Made by a program: the position numbers and the translations under genes | Notes under the pieces: generated by a model | Told to the model about the DNA's origin: nothing | Databases searched by the model: none | The model's input: the letters and a program-made list of their open reading frames with translations, nothing else | Source: Mytilus californianus | Lineage: Eukaryota | Length of the DNA stretch: 64,000 nt | Reading direction: 5' to 3' | NCBI RefSeq assembly: GCF_021869535.1 | Contig: NW_026262668.1 | Coordinates: 109,678,001 to 109,742,000, forward strand | In this document: positions 51,295 to 63,733 of the stretch, one piece after another | How positions within the stretch are numbered: position 1 is the first letter of the stretch | Layout: each line of letters opens with the position of its first letter

Positions 51295-54187
51295 ATGGCG
51301 AAAGGTGATCTTTAACATTGTTTAGATAAGTGACTAACCTGTTTCAGATTAACTTCACAAAATACTGTAAGGTCAACAGTGAACGGGAGAGCTTTTTCGC
51401 TCTCCTTTTTCTGTGACATTACCTGAAAAACTCAAAACCTTTTATATGTGGTAGCTTGAACCCAACCTTAGTGTGGTATTCAATATGTGGGACAGACGGG
51501 ACGAGAGTATTACAGAAGAAATCAAGAACACCTTTACCGCTTTCGGAGACATCAAAAATTCAAATGTTTGATATATCAACATTTAGATAAGCATAATCAC
51601 AATCTAAAATTTATAAAATTCCAACCACTTGAAACCGTTCAGAAACAAACAGGAGAATCACACAAGCACAAGCAATTGAAAAATCACGTAAAGTTCGCGA
51701 ATTATTTTGGATAAAAAGACTTCAAACAGCTTATCCTCTCGGTCTTTATGACAAAATATTAGGACAGGGGAACATAACTAAAACTTCAATCGATGTCATT
51801 AATATTGTCGATAAACGACTTAGAAATAAAAGGTCTCATGGCAAACGCAAGAACCGTAATCAACGTATTAAACATCGTATAAATTATACACTTGCTGATC
51901 TGTTATCTATAATAAAAAATAATTGCAGACATCAAGTATTATGCAAACTGGGTCAGATACCAATAAGTAAATTATATGCTATTTTTCTGGAGTGTGATAA
52001 AATTTCTTTTTTTATCATAATGTATGAATACACCCGTATTATTACAGCCTTTTATCATCATAGGCTATTTCCTAGTATCGATAAACCTGAAAATCATAAA
52101 CCGCATTTTTCTTAAATTAAAATATATAAATAGAGGTATTGATTTTATTAACTTATCTAGTATATTCAATGACTCGACCATCCAAAGACAAATACCTCCA
52201 TATTTTGATAATATAGAACCACCTATTATTTCGTATTCTTTAAAAAAAATCCAGCAGAGGTTTGATTTTTAATTATACGTCAGTTACATCATTCGTCAAT
52301 ATAGAAAATAATGTTCCTTCCACTTGAGACTGTGAAACAGCTAGTTTTAGATATGTTTCCTATGGTCATGTCCTTACAGGAGACCTCAACATTGACCGTA
52401 AGGTCATAACTTTTCTTAAGAAAGGACCGAAATATCGTCCTCCATCTAAAATAGATTGGAAACAGTGTCGTCAGGTCATTAAAGACGCCCTGTCTGTCTA
52501 CTGTAAAAATTGGTGTAAACGTGAAAAATCTGATTAAAAAATTTCTAGACAGTTAATTGAATAAAATTATGAATAATGTTAATATTCGTATATCTCATTT
52601 TGAAAACAATTCTGAAATTAGTAATAGGGTCAATGATATTCCCATTTCTAAAATAAAAAATAAACTCTAAGTACTCGCAAAGCGGTTTGTGTTCGTACCG
52701 GCAGACAAATCAGCAAATAATGTAGTGGTGGTGTGACGCATATACTACACGGAAGTTCTTCAAAACGAAATTACAAATTCTTCTACATTCAGGTCCGTAC
52801 GCTCCACAGAGAGTCAAATTGTAAACAAGCATATCACTGCCACTACCCAGCTTACAGCCTCTCCCGAACATTTGAAAGTCCCTACTATATACTGGTTACT
52901 TAAATTGCACAAAAACCCATTTAAATTCCGTTTCATCTCCGCATCTAGTAAGTGTTCTACTACCAATCTATCAGTGCTTCTAACTACCTCCCTTACTACT
53001 ATCAAAGAACTTGCTATTAACTTTTGTAATAGAGCTTATGAAAATAATGGTATTAATTATTTTTGGAGTGTTAAAAATTCTTTAGAGGTTTTAGATAAAA
53101 TACATGCTTTTGGTGGTCCTTTTAGTTCTGTTGACTGTTATGATTTTTCTACTCTCTAAACTACACTTTCACACAATCTTATCAAGAAAAAGTTTTCATA
53201 TTTAATTAAATGGTCTTTTGAAAAATCTCATTACAAATTTATTTACTGTAACTCGTTTAAAGCCTTTTTCTGTAACGAAAAAGGAAAGTATGCTAGATAC
53301 ACTTACTGGAAATGTGAAGATATGACTGAAGCTTTAAATTTTCTCCTGGACAACATATATGTACGTTTCAGCGATAAAGTGTATCGACAAGTAGGAGGTA
53401 TTCCTATGGGAACTAACTGCGCCCCTTTAATAGCAGATTTATTCCTGTATTGCTATGAATCTCAGTTTATGACCAAACTCAGTCAAGACACGTCATTGTT
53501 ACATTTGGTAGATACATTTAACAATACCTTCCGTTATCTGGATGATATTTTTTCGTTAAATAATCCAGAGTTCTCTAAATATACTACCGAAATTTACCCA
53601 AAAGAACTTACTTTAACTAAATCAAACATAAAACAGCAGTGGTTATCCTTTTCTAGATTTGGATATTTCAATCTCTAAAGGAAAACTTCATACTAAAATT
53701 TACGACAAAAGAGACGACTTTTCATTCCCTATCGTTAATTTTCCCTTTTTTAGACGGCGATGTTCCTTTGGCTCCATCATACGGTGTTTATATATCCCAA
53801 CTCGTTCGTTATGCCCGTGAGTGTAGTGATGTCATAGATTTTAACGAACGTAATCAATGCATCACTGGTAAATTATTAAGTCAGGGATTTCGTTACCATA
53901 AATTACGTAAAACTTTTACTAAATTCTTTCATAGATACAAAGATTTGATTAGTAAATTTGGCTGTACCTGTAGAAAACTGATTAAAAACGGTATTTCACA
54001 TCCTAAATTTTACGGTAATATTGTACTTAAAGCGCGGAAATCACTATGTGATCCGTGTAAACTCATCGAACCTTTAAACAAACTTATTAGTAAAGGTTAT
54101 CTTACCAATGTTGTAATAAGATCTTTGAATATAGTTTACATTGGCACTAATATCGATTTTGTCATCAGCAAATTAAAACATAACTAA
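51295..54187 (+). pseudogene. GIY-YIG + reverse transcriptase polyprotein with five in-frame TGA (predicted Sec) codons; this copy also has TAA/TAG stops and frameshifts
   Basis: MAKGDL*HCLDK(U)LTC; IT(U)KTQNLLYVVA(U)TQP*CGIQYVGQTGR; RELFWIKRLQTAYPLGL; RSHGKR; PST(U)DC..GHVLTGDL..KGPKYR; ADKSANNVVVV(U)RIYY; YWLLKLHKNP; DFSTL; GIPMGTNCAP; FRYLDD. Confidence 0.9.
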
Positions 54188-54310
54188 ATTTGTATCCTTT
54201 TTAAACGGGATGTATAAAGACACACCCTCGTTCATTTTGATCTATAAAGAGGTTAACCCCTAACTATCCTACTGCCTGTCGATACATTTATTTTTGGCAT
54301 TGCAAAAGTC

Positions 54311-54387
54311 GTGTCTTCTTTGACAATCCATGACGTTAAAATACTAAATCCCTGGGATGTGTTTTAGTTGATTTTAGTCTCTGATGC
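54311..54387 (+). promoter_or_regulatory. SECIS element (type II) in the Naiad 3' UTR
   Basis: A-TGAC (54330-54334) / TGAT (54369-54372) non-canonical quartet; 10-bp helix II GTTAAAATAC / GTGTTTTAGT; unpaired AAA; mini-helix TCC-CTG-GGA. Core lies about 140 nt after the stop codon. Confidence 0.88.
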
Positions 54388-57349
54388 ATGATTTTTTTTA
54401 TTATTAATTGTTTTTGGCTTTTAACTAGCTGTCAGTAAATGCGAGTACTCTCAAATCGTACTTTCTTGTTTATTTGACCTGTTGATATACTAATTGTAAT
54501 GTTTTTTTGTGATTTAATGTTTACTTATTCAGGATTTTATCTGGTCTATATACCAGCTTTGATAAGTGTTTGGTATTACTATAAATTTTCACTTCTTCGT
54601 ACTATGAACATCAAAATTATTTATTTTGTAAAAATATTTCCTTTCTCCATTTGAACTGTACACGTATACCTAACAACAAAATTATTTTCATTTACCTGTG
54701 TTTAAAGTATTTGCAAATGGCTGATATTTTTGTTTTTCTTGAAATTATTTAACATTTCACAGCGGTATAACATGTTACTTTAATTATTCTTCCCTTAGTT
54801 TATTTATTTTGTATTTACATTGTATCATAGATCAAATTTATTTGTTCAGTGTAAGTTCACTGGTGTTAATATGTCTTTTGATTGAGTTAAGCCATTTCAA
54901 TTGATATTCTATAGTGTCTCTTTCTATGTTGTGATGTTACATTATAGTTTCAGATAAGGGTGAATGTTTGGTACCATTAAAACGTTTAAACCCGCTGCAA
55001 TTGTTTGCACCTGTCCTAAGTCAGGAATCTGATGTTCAGTAGTTATCGTTTGTTGATGTGGTTCATAAGTGTTTCTCGTTTCTCGTTTTTTATATAGATT
55101 AGACCGTTGGTTTTCCCGTTTGAATGGTTTTACACTAGTAATTTTTGGGGCCCTTTATAGCTTGCTGTTCGGTGTAAGCCAAGGCTCCGTGTTGAAGACC
55201 GTACTTTGACCTCTAATGGTTTACACTTATAAATTTTGACTTGGATGGAGAGTTGTCTCATTGGCACTCATACCACATCTTCTTATATCTATATTCTATT
55301 TGTTAGTTGTATTGGCCTTAAAATGGTATTCAGTTACTGCGATTACTCGAAGATCGGTGCTTGGCGTCTCTTATCTTTTTGTTATTTTTTTTTTTTTTTG
55401 TGTTTTATGCCGAACTGATGAGTCAAACCCTTTTCAAGTGATTTATACAGTTTGGTCTTATTATTAGTTCTGTTACACCACTGTCCGGGGTTAGGGGGGA
55501 TACTTAAACACTCGCAGACATGTTTAAACTCGACACATTCTGTATGTGCTTGTCCCAAGTCAGGAGCCATTTATTCAGTGATTAATGTTGATTGCTGTCT
55601 GTCATTTTTGTTGGTGTTTTTCGTTTATTGTTTTATCCTAAATCAAGTCGGTCGTTAGTTTTCTCGTTTTTGTTTGTTACACGGATTTGTCTCTTCTAAA
55701 TCGATGTACAAGATTTAAAAGTCGCCTTAATTTACAATTTTTCATTTAGTCCTCTAACCAAGTATAAAGTTGTTTCTTTGGTGCGCACGTATTTTCCCAA
55801 ATTAAATTATATTTGAAAATTAATGTAAAACAAGGAAAATCAAGTAATCTAAAAAATATACAAAAATCGTCATGTTGTTGTCATAGTAATTCGTTAAACG
55901 TGAAATTTATTTTTATTTTCTGAACACCTTGTACCTAAGTGTAGTTAGGACAAATTTAAGAATAATATTTGAGCCATCATAAGGGCCTTATTGTCGCTAC
56001 TCCTTTAATGACAAGTTTATTGACACATTGACAGGATCAATAAGTCAGCTAAACCATGTGATCATTATTACCTTAATGCTACCAATGAGGATCAAACCGG
56101 TATATAACTAGAGTAAATGATAATGATAAAGAAAAGACCAAACAAACTTTTCACCATCGAATGACTAGTTCCTTAATGGACCCATACCTTTACCATGGTA
56201 ATAATGATTTCAAAGTTTAGCCAACAGCTTATTCAACCCAATTTTAAAAAGTAAGGACATTCTAAGTTGAATATAATTCTAAAGGTAAACAATGATTTGA
56301 TACAGACGGATCTTCTCAGCTGTGTGTTGAACGCACAAATGCGTGCTCACAATATATAATCAAAAAGGGAGTCTGAAATATGCAGCAAAAATTGCAGGAT
56401 TGCAGTTTGCCTTTTAGTTTCCCCCTTCCGCCAAAATTTTCAAATCAAATGGATGCCGACTTAGCGATTAAAGATATTTCTAATCGACCTTTTTATGAGC
56501 CGATAGGAGCCGGCCCATCATATGATATGAGTTTGAATGGTGTACAGGATTTACTGCGATCTTAAAGTGAGTGCGTTTTTAGAGAAGTTTCTATTGCTGA
56601 AAGAAAACTGATTTGGATTTAGAAAAGTAATTCTACTACTGATAGCATTTTTGTATTTCATTTATCATTTGAACTGTTAAAAAATAAAAATAAAAAACTT
56701 TACTGTGCCTTTATTGATTTTGTAAAGGCCTTTCACACTGTTTGGCATGTTAAGACTTTGGTAAGATAATCAGTGAATGGTAAAATGTATGATACTATTA
56801 CAAATATGTATAAAATAATGTATAGAAATGAATTTTCAGATTTCCCCCCATGTAATGTTGGTAGTAGACAATGGGGAAAATTTATCTCCTATACTTTTTT
56901 CTCTATATATAAATGATTTAGAAGATTTACTAACAGACAAACATATATATGGTTTGAAAACTTTCGAATGATAAGGTTAGTAAGTAAGTAGATTATTTAT
57001 GACAGTGATTTGTGTAATTACAATAATGTGTCAATTAACATAATTTAAAATAATATATACATATACACATCCGACCCAATGGGTCTATAAGTCACCTAGA
57101 TATTAAAGTTCATATTCGATTTGTGTCACGGATTTGATAAAAAGCATCAATAATCGATTAATATAATGAATAAATAAGTTTTAGATAATAAATTATTAAA
57201 CTTGTCCAAATACAACTTGACGTCGTTTCTTTATGGCGTACACCATATATTTAGCAGTTTTTCGTGGAAAATTGATTAACACATGGTAAATTTTTTCGTC
57301 ATTGCTCATTTCAAGTAGTCGACATCTGATATAAAATCTTCGAAATGTT

Positions 57350-57945
57350 TACTTCTAAGTTCAGTTTAAAACGAACAGTCAAGAAAAAAGTGTGATTCGT
57401 CTTCAATGCTGTTTTCGCTACAAAATCTACAAAATGCGTTCCTCTCGTTGTTCACCAATGTACCTTCCCGTCACTATTCTTTGCGGTAGAATCCCACACC
57501 GTAATTGTGCTAGGCACGATCGCTGAGATTTGCTGAGATTCGGTTAAACGTATGATTCTGGTTCAACCATTGTTTTCAGTTTAACGTACGTACTGAGTTT
57601 GAAAACGTTAATAATGTCCCTTTTCCACATAGAAAGGTAGTGGTTATGTAAACGTGAATCAAAATAACGACATATTGATGATTTCTTTACGTTCGAAATG
57701 ACTGACTAAATCTAGTTTCTTAAGAATGTCTTTAAAATCAAAGCACCAGTTGTTTCGGCATCGCTCATAAACATAATCGAAAGCTAGTTTAGCGATCCGA
57801 TCTTCGTCGAACGATATAAGTCTATTCCAAAGACAAACCATATCAATGTAATGTCGGTAGAGAAAAGGTAGACATCCGATATCGCCATAAATCGCCAACA
57901 AGAGTGCGAAGTTTTGAATATTCTCAAAAGCATTGGAACTCACGG
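57350..57945 (-). pseudogene. LINE ORF2 C-terminal remnant (CR1/RTE-like)
   Basis: AIYGDIGCLP..WNRL; downstream a GRY..ER.C.FC..IEDE.HF-like zinc finger near 57380-57480. Confidence 0.6.
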
Positions 57946-57959
57946 CATCACCAAACTCC

Positions 57960-59330
57960 TGATCTTTTCTGTTTTAATTTTTTTATTGATGTTTTTGGTG
58001 TTCAAACTACAGTGCATACATACATTGTTAATAAGACATAAATGAATGACATTTATGTCATTGTTATATTATATTATTATGCGAATAAGAAATAGTAAAA
58101 ATTTACAAGTCTACGATGTGAATACACAGTATATGATACATCTTAAGAATACTTTGAAGTTCATTAAATATATAATCATATTCAAAATAAATTAAATAAA
58201 TTCCATAAATCCCCCCAATCTGTCGACAAATGACTCGTGTTTGTCTTTCAAAAGATACAAATATTCTAAAATTTCCAGACGTCTTTTCAAAAATTTAAGA
58301 AAAACTTGCACAGATATTAACAGTCTGTAAAATTGTGTGATCTTTGCATAATTAATGTAATACTTTGCCTGTAGAATACAATAATTTAAAACTAAGTTAT
58401 CAGAATTCAAAACACCAAAAATGACACTGCCTTTATTCAAAAATATACATACTCCAAAAACAAAATACCGCCAATTAGAAAATTCTCTCCAAAATTGTTT
58501 TATTTCTGTACATTCAAAAACATTATGCTCTATAGTTTCTATCTCTTTACATCTGGCACATTCATTAGTTTCGAAAAGTTTATATTTTCAATAAGATGAG
58601 AGACTATTCTGTGTAAAATTTTATATTGAAAAGCTTGTAGTTTGCTTTCTATAGTACATTTAAAAGCAAGTGAATAAATACTTTTCCATTTTTCATCACT
58701 AATTTCTGTATTAAAACTTTCTTCCCACCTTTGTCGTGAAATAGGTGAAACATTTCCCTGATCGATAAAAAGTGAATAAACATCTTTAGCAAATAATTTA
58801 CTGATAGGCATTTTTTTATTATCATGCTCCAAAACGAATCCAAATGAGTTGCTGTTAGGTGACATGTGTTGCTGTAGTAACAAATCTTTCCAGTCACGTG
58901 GTATAGCAAGTTTAATGGATAGAATGTCTACAAAAGTAACATTCAGGTTATATTTTTAGTTAATAGCGTCATGAGACAAAAATTCGCCATTGTCATCTAC
59001 AATATCATTGATGAACCTTATGCCTTTCATGTACCAAGATCTGTTAAAAAATACTCGTTCTATCAACTTTGATAACAGGATTGAACCAACTAAACTCTTT
59101 TCTCACATGAAATGCATCTAACGGAATGAAACTCCTGATCCATAGTCTAATAAAGGCACTACACAGGCATAAAACAGTTTTTCGTAAAACAGTTTATCGT
59201 TTAGCTCTAGATTTTCTAAAATGGACGCATTTCGATTTATATGTTTATAAAAACTCTCCATCGTTTGCACCAGTCCTGAAGTTTGTCTAATATTTGTTGT
59301 AAATCCTTCTCATTTTTTGCCAAAAGTGCA
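57960..59330 (-). pseudogene. L1/Tx1-like LINE 3' remnant
   Basis: RWEESF..KWKSIY..KLQAFQYKILHRIV (zf-RVT) and FGV..NYCILQAKYYI (Tx1-type C-terminus). Confidence 0.7.
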
Positions 59331-59811
59331 ATATCGTCAGCATAAAGCAATATGGAGAGACTGCTGGATGAATTAGAAACTGCACTTGATTATTATCTTA
59401 AACTTTTTGTAATATTGTATGCAGATTATACAGTTTTGTTATCAGAGTCGCACGTTGTAGATAGGGTACATATGAAATTCTGCAAACTTTTGCTTCAGGT
59501 TAAAAAGTCTACACCTGTTTTTATGATATATGGAGAATTAGGCAGATATCCTTTGGAAATCGATATAAAACGCCGTATAATTAACTACTGGACAAAATTA
59601 TTGTTTAGAAAACAGGAAAAACTTCCAGCAATTCCTAATAAGTACTAATTGTATAAAAATAAAAATGATATAACTTTGTTGAAAAATGTAACATCAATTC
59701 TTGTTGAAGCTGGTTTGTCCTTTGTGTGGGATACCTAGTATTTTGTAAGTAAGTAAATCATTTATTAAAGTGACATGTGTAAATATGTACAAATGTTAAC
59801 GATATAACATA

Positions 59812-60496
59812 AATTCCCTCCACTCCCATTTCGATGTGGGTAAAACAAAACTCAACACATAAGTAATGATAATCATATTTTGGCATAAATAAACATTTAC
59901 AATCATACATATGTCATAAATAATTTTTCATTTAAAGTCCATATTAATTATAAATATTAACTTCCAAAATATATAAATGCACCAGTCACATCCCATAAAG
60001 ACATCAAATTCAGCAATCTGCATTATCTGAAAAAGACTAACATCTTCGATTTAATAAGGTATAACGCATGTACAAAAATGTTCAAGTAATACAAAAAAAA
60101 AATGGGCGGTAGGGTGGGTAAATTAAACGTGTTGAATTGACCAGTAAACTAATTCAAATGACAAGGGAATATGAAATTTGCCAGAAGTGAACAGATATTT
60201 CTATCAACCAATTAGAGGAGATTAAAATACGAACGATAAATTATGCATACAAACAGGTAACGAATTATGTCGAAAGTATCCGAGATGGAATTAAGCGTTT
60301 TTAATTAATTAAAAATTTACCAATTCCCTCCACTCCCATTTCGATGTAAGTAAAACAAAACTCAACACATAAGTAATGATAATCATATTTTGGCATAAAT
60401 AAACATTTACAATCATACATATGTCATTAATAATTTTTCATTTAAAGTCCATATTAATTATAAATATTAACTTCCAAAATATATATAAATGCACCA
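59812..60496 (-). repeat. Split direct repeats B1 (60322-60496) - A2 (59985-60321) - B2 (59812-59984)
   Basis: aattccctccactcccatttcgatgt...aaatgcacca is present twice, nearly identical. The A2 label is inferred from Ngaro architecture. Confidence 0.75.
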
Positions 60497-60699
60497 AACC
60501 AACGGCCACTATAAAGTGTCCAGTGTTAAATAAAAACTACACTATAATATAAACATACCTGATAATACAAAACAACAAATACTGGAATCCTGCAAACTAA
60601 TAGAGGTTCACAGGTAAACCAGATGTAGAAGTAATGGTCTAGCCCAGCTTTCTTGACCATCATCTTCTGAAAAATAAAGTTAAAAACCACAAAGTATCT

Positions 60700-61206
60700 T
60701 GACCAAAAAAGTACACGTATAACAGAAACGCCAAAATAACTTAAATGTAATCTATCTTTACAAAAACATTTTCTTTTATAAATAGATCCTGGTTGCTGAA
60801 CAAATTGCTTGTAAGTTTAAACAAATAAAATATTTCTCTTCAACGTTAACTTCGCCAATGCTTTATTAAAATCTATAACAGTTTGTTTTGTGTCATCAAA
60901 ATCTATTGGTCTTGGCAAAATTGCTGAAACTATTATCTTTAAAGACGGTAAAGTGTTGCAAATAAAATCGATTAAATTATTGTAATATTGAATAATCAAT
61001 TTACTGGATAAACCATTCCCAACATCGTTTGTGCCTACATGCAATAACAAATGTGTGTATCTTCTCAACAGTGCTTTATTGTCTTTCACAAATTGATGAA
61101 GTGTGTATATATTAGCACCAGATATAGCATTGCATTCCAGCCAGTTAATGTTATTAACGTATTTGCAAGTAGAATCTGACAACAACAAAACCTTATTTAT
61201 TGACAC
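60700..61206 (-). pseudogene. SGNH/GDSL hydrolase ORF of the Ngaro element (one in-frame TAA)
   Basis: Block I LLSDS, block II SGA, block III HVGTND, SAILPR; block V DRLH at 60756-60745 is in frame after the TAA at 60817-60819. Confidence 0.8.
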
Positions 61207-61236
61207 ATTGTCTACAAAAATATAACAAACAAAAAA

Positions 61237-62200
61237 TTAAATGGGAATTTCCTCAGCCATAGCTCGTGATATAGACAATTTGTCATGTAAATCAAATTCT
61301 AAATAAATTTTATAAGCATCACTACGCCAAACCCCGTGAAATTGTATTAACTCAGAAGGAACTTTACTGTGAAAATCCCATGTAGCCCCTCCTCTGAGTT
61401 TTTTTTTCTGAAAAAATGAATAACATAAAATTTTATTGCCTTTAGTTTGTGGAATCAAAAAGGCGGGGTCATCAGCATTGGCTGGTACTAGAGTGCACAT
61501 ACGATTGTAAGCATTATACGGACAAAGCGGGGAATCCTTTATCTTAACCAATGGTAACTCAAGTTTCCTATCACCATATTGAATGGTTTTTGACCATTCC
61601 ATTTTAACCAACAAGTAATCACTATAAACAACGACGTTATTTCTGCATAATTGTTTGCGTGGATCAAAATTCTTTGCCGAAGTTGGAACTAGATTATACT
61701 TTCTAACCATGAGAGAAAAGGCAAACAAAAAACAGCACCAGAAAGTTACATCAGACGGATTAGACATACATTTTCAAAAGAATATGTGGAGTAATAGGCA
61801 AAGCTCTGTGAGGCATATGAGGATTTTGACGAGACAAAGCTCTAAACAATAATTTTATGGAAAACCAATCTTCCGTTGGAAACTCAAATCCTAATAGCAA
61901 ATGTAAAGTCTTGACACCACTAATATAATTCTGAATAGAAGCTACCCTCTTAAAACTTCTACTTAAAAAATTTCCATATAGACAAAGAGTATTTACAGAA
62001 GTAGGTAAAGGTGACATATTGAAATATGTGCAAAATAAAAAATAAGAAACAAATTGCACTTTCAAATTCTTGTAAGTTCCTTCTGCAAAGGCAGATTTCT
62101 TACACAACTCTGTGTCTTTCTGTAACTTATGTAGTTGAGTATCTACAATAAACAATAAAAAAAAATCACCAAGGTGAAGTAAAATGAAAGAGATCATCAT
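61237..62200 (-). pseudogene. Tyrosine recombinase, frameshifted; the HxxR box is apparently deleted
   Basis: SIQNYISGVKTLH, ALPITP, FAFSLMVRKYNL (catalytic Arg region), RGGATW, HGVWRSDAYKIY (catalytic Tyr region). No HSF precedes RGGAT. Confidence 0.85.
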
Positions 62201-63733
62201 TCAATTCAATTTCTGTCCAAGAATTGACACGAGCCTGCTTCAAAAACTCAGTGCTAATACCGGGATCCATATCCCACCTTGAAAGCATGTCAGCAACTCT
62301 GTTCGCTTCACCACTCAAATGCCGTCCTTTGACTTAAAACTCATGACTAGCTGTCAGAAAACCGATTTCTCTGAGACAAGATTGCATGAAAGTATTTCTG
62401 CAAGCACCAGAATTTAGAACAGTGACAGATGAGGAATTATCACAATAAATAACAATCTTAGAACCCTTGAGTACACTCGCCCATACTTTCAGACACACCA
62501 TAACACAAAGAAGTTCCAGAGCATTAATATGCAACTGTTTCCTGCGAATAAATGCCGGAAAGACAGTATGAAAATACCTCCCATTACAAATACCTCCACA
62601 ACCAACCAAGGTTGAATCACAAGAAAGCACACAATCTGGGCTAGACCAATCAATAAGAAACATCATAGAAACCCCATTGTATATATTTAGAAACTTACTC
62701 CACCAAACTAAATCCAACTTAATATACTTGGGTACACGTTTTGTAATGTTTTGACCACCAAAAGTCCGCAACCAAACTAACAACCTCGAAACAAAAAGTC
62801 GCCCTGAGCGAACACATGAACTCACGAAATGAAGTTTACCGAGCAAAGATTGTAAATCTCTTAAAGAACATTTATCCTTTTGCAACCAACTTTTAACCAA
62901 ACCAAGTATTTCCTCTAACCTATCCTTAGTAATAGATAGAGTACAACTTACTGTATCAAAGAGTATACCAAGAAAAACCATAGAAGTAGAAGGAGGAGCG
63001 GCCTTTTCTACAGACTCCTCCAAACCACAGTTGTCCAATACTTCATCCAAAATAGCATAAGCGTCAAAAGCTTTTTCTTGTACGTCACAGCCCGCTAGAT
63101 CATCAAGATAGTTAACAATTTGTAAATCATAGTGAGCGTCCAATATAAAACTAACCGCGTTAGTCACCCTTTGACAAATATACGCAGCTGACCTTAAGCC
63201 CATGGACAATACCCGATCAAAAAAGATATGATTTTCCTATGAAAATCCAACCAAATGCCAATCACCAGGACAAATTGGAATCTGTCTATAAGCCCGCTTT
63301 AAATCCCGCTTAAAGCACAAAGTACCAGAACGTTTTTTCCTTAACAACTCCACCAAAGAGTCAACTGAAGGATAAGAAACCTTGATAGGATTACCCAAAT
63401 ACAAGTCCTTACATATATGACTGTTTCCCGAGTCCTCACCATCAACACCAAAACTCAAATCTAAAATCACCCTACGATCTAAAGTATCCTTCTTCGGCAC
63501 AGAATTTAATGGAGAAATAACCATGTCAGTCTCAAAGGGATTACTAAAAAAGGGCCCAAAAATGCTACCGTAAGTGCACTCTTTTTCAAATATTTCCTCA
63601 TATCATCTGGATGGCTTCTTGCTCCAGCATGATTTTTCTCTACAGACAAACCTGAACAAGAACATTCGCAACTCAATGGGAACCCATATTTTAAAAAGTT
63701 AACTACATCTGAATCATGATACATAGATAACAT
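62180..63733 (-). pseudogene. DIRS/Ngaro reverse transcriptase-RNase H, frameshifted
   Basis: SPLNSVPKK..RRVILDLSF; KRDLKRAYRQIP; MGLRSAAYICQR; YLDD; FLGI; SLLGKL; CDST..GG; HINALEL; CDNSS. Confidence 0.9.

Larger units (their letters stand above)
51295..55295 (+). mobile_element. Near full-length Naiad-type Penelope-like retroelement (N-terminal GIY-YIG), with SECIS and long 3' tail
   Basis: Domain order is endonuclease then RT. The 3' tail ends ...gttgtctcattggcactcataccacatcttctt. The 5' end is unresolved and may extend to about 50600. Confidence 0.88.
56570..59720 (+). pseudogene. Split LINE RT remnant (56570-56990 and 59340-59720), CR1/RTE-like
   Basis: GFRK..ST.D..F..KKLYCAFIDF.KAF..VW in the first piece; LFVILYADYTVLLSES and IYGELGRYP in the second. 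Minus-strand LINE pieces lie in between. Confidence 0.65.

Noticed and set aside
55414-55450. CTGATGAG at about 55417 as a hammerhead core
   Set aside because: No stem II followed by GAAA at the required spacing.
56380-56565. 61-aa ORF MQQKLQDC... with slightly higher GC
   Set aside because: No recognisable motif, splice context or second copy; cannot be supported.
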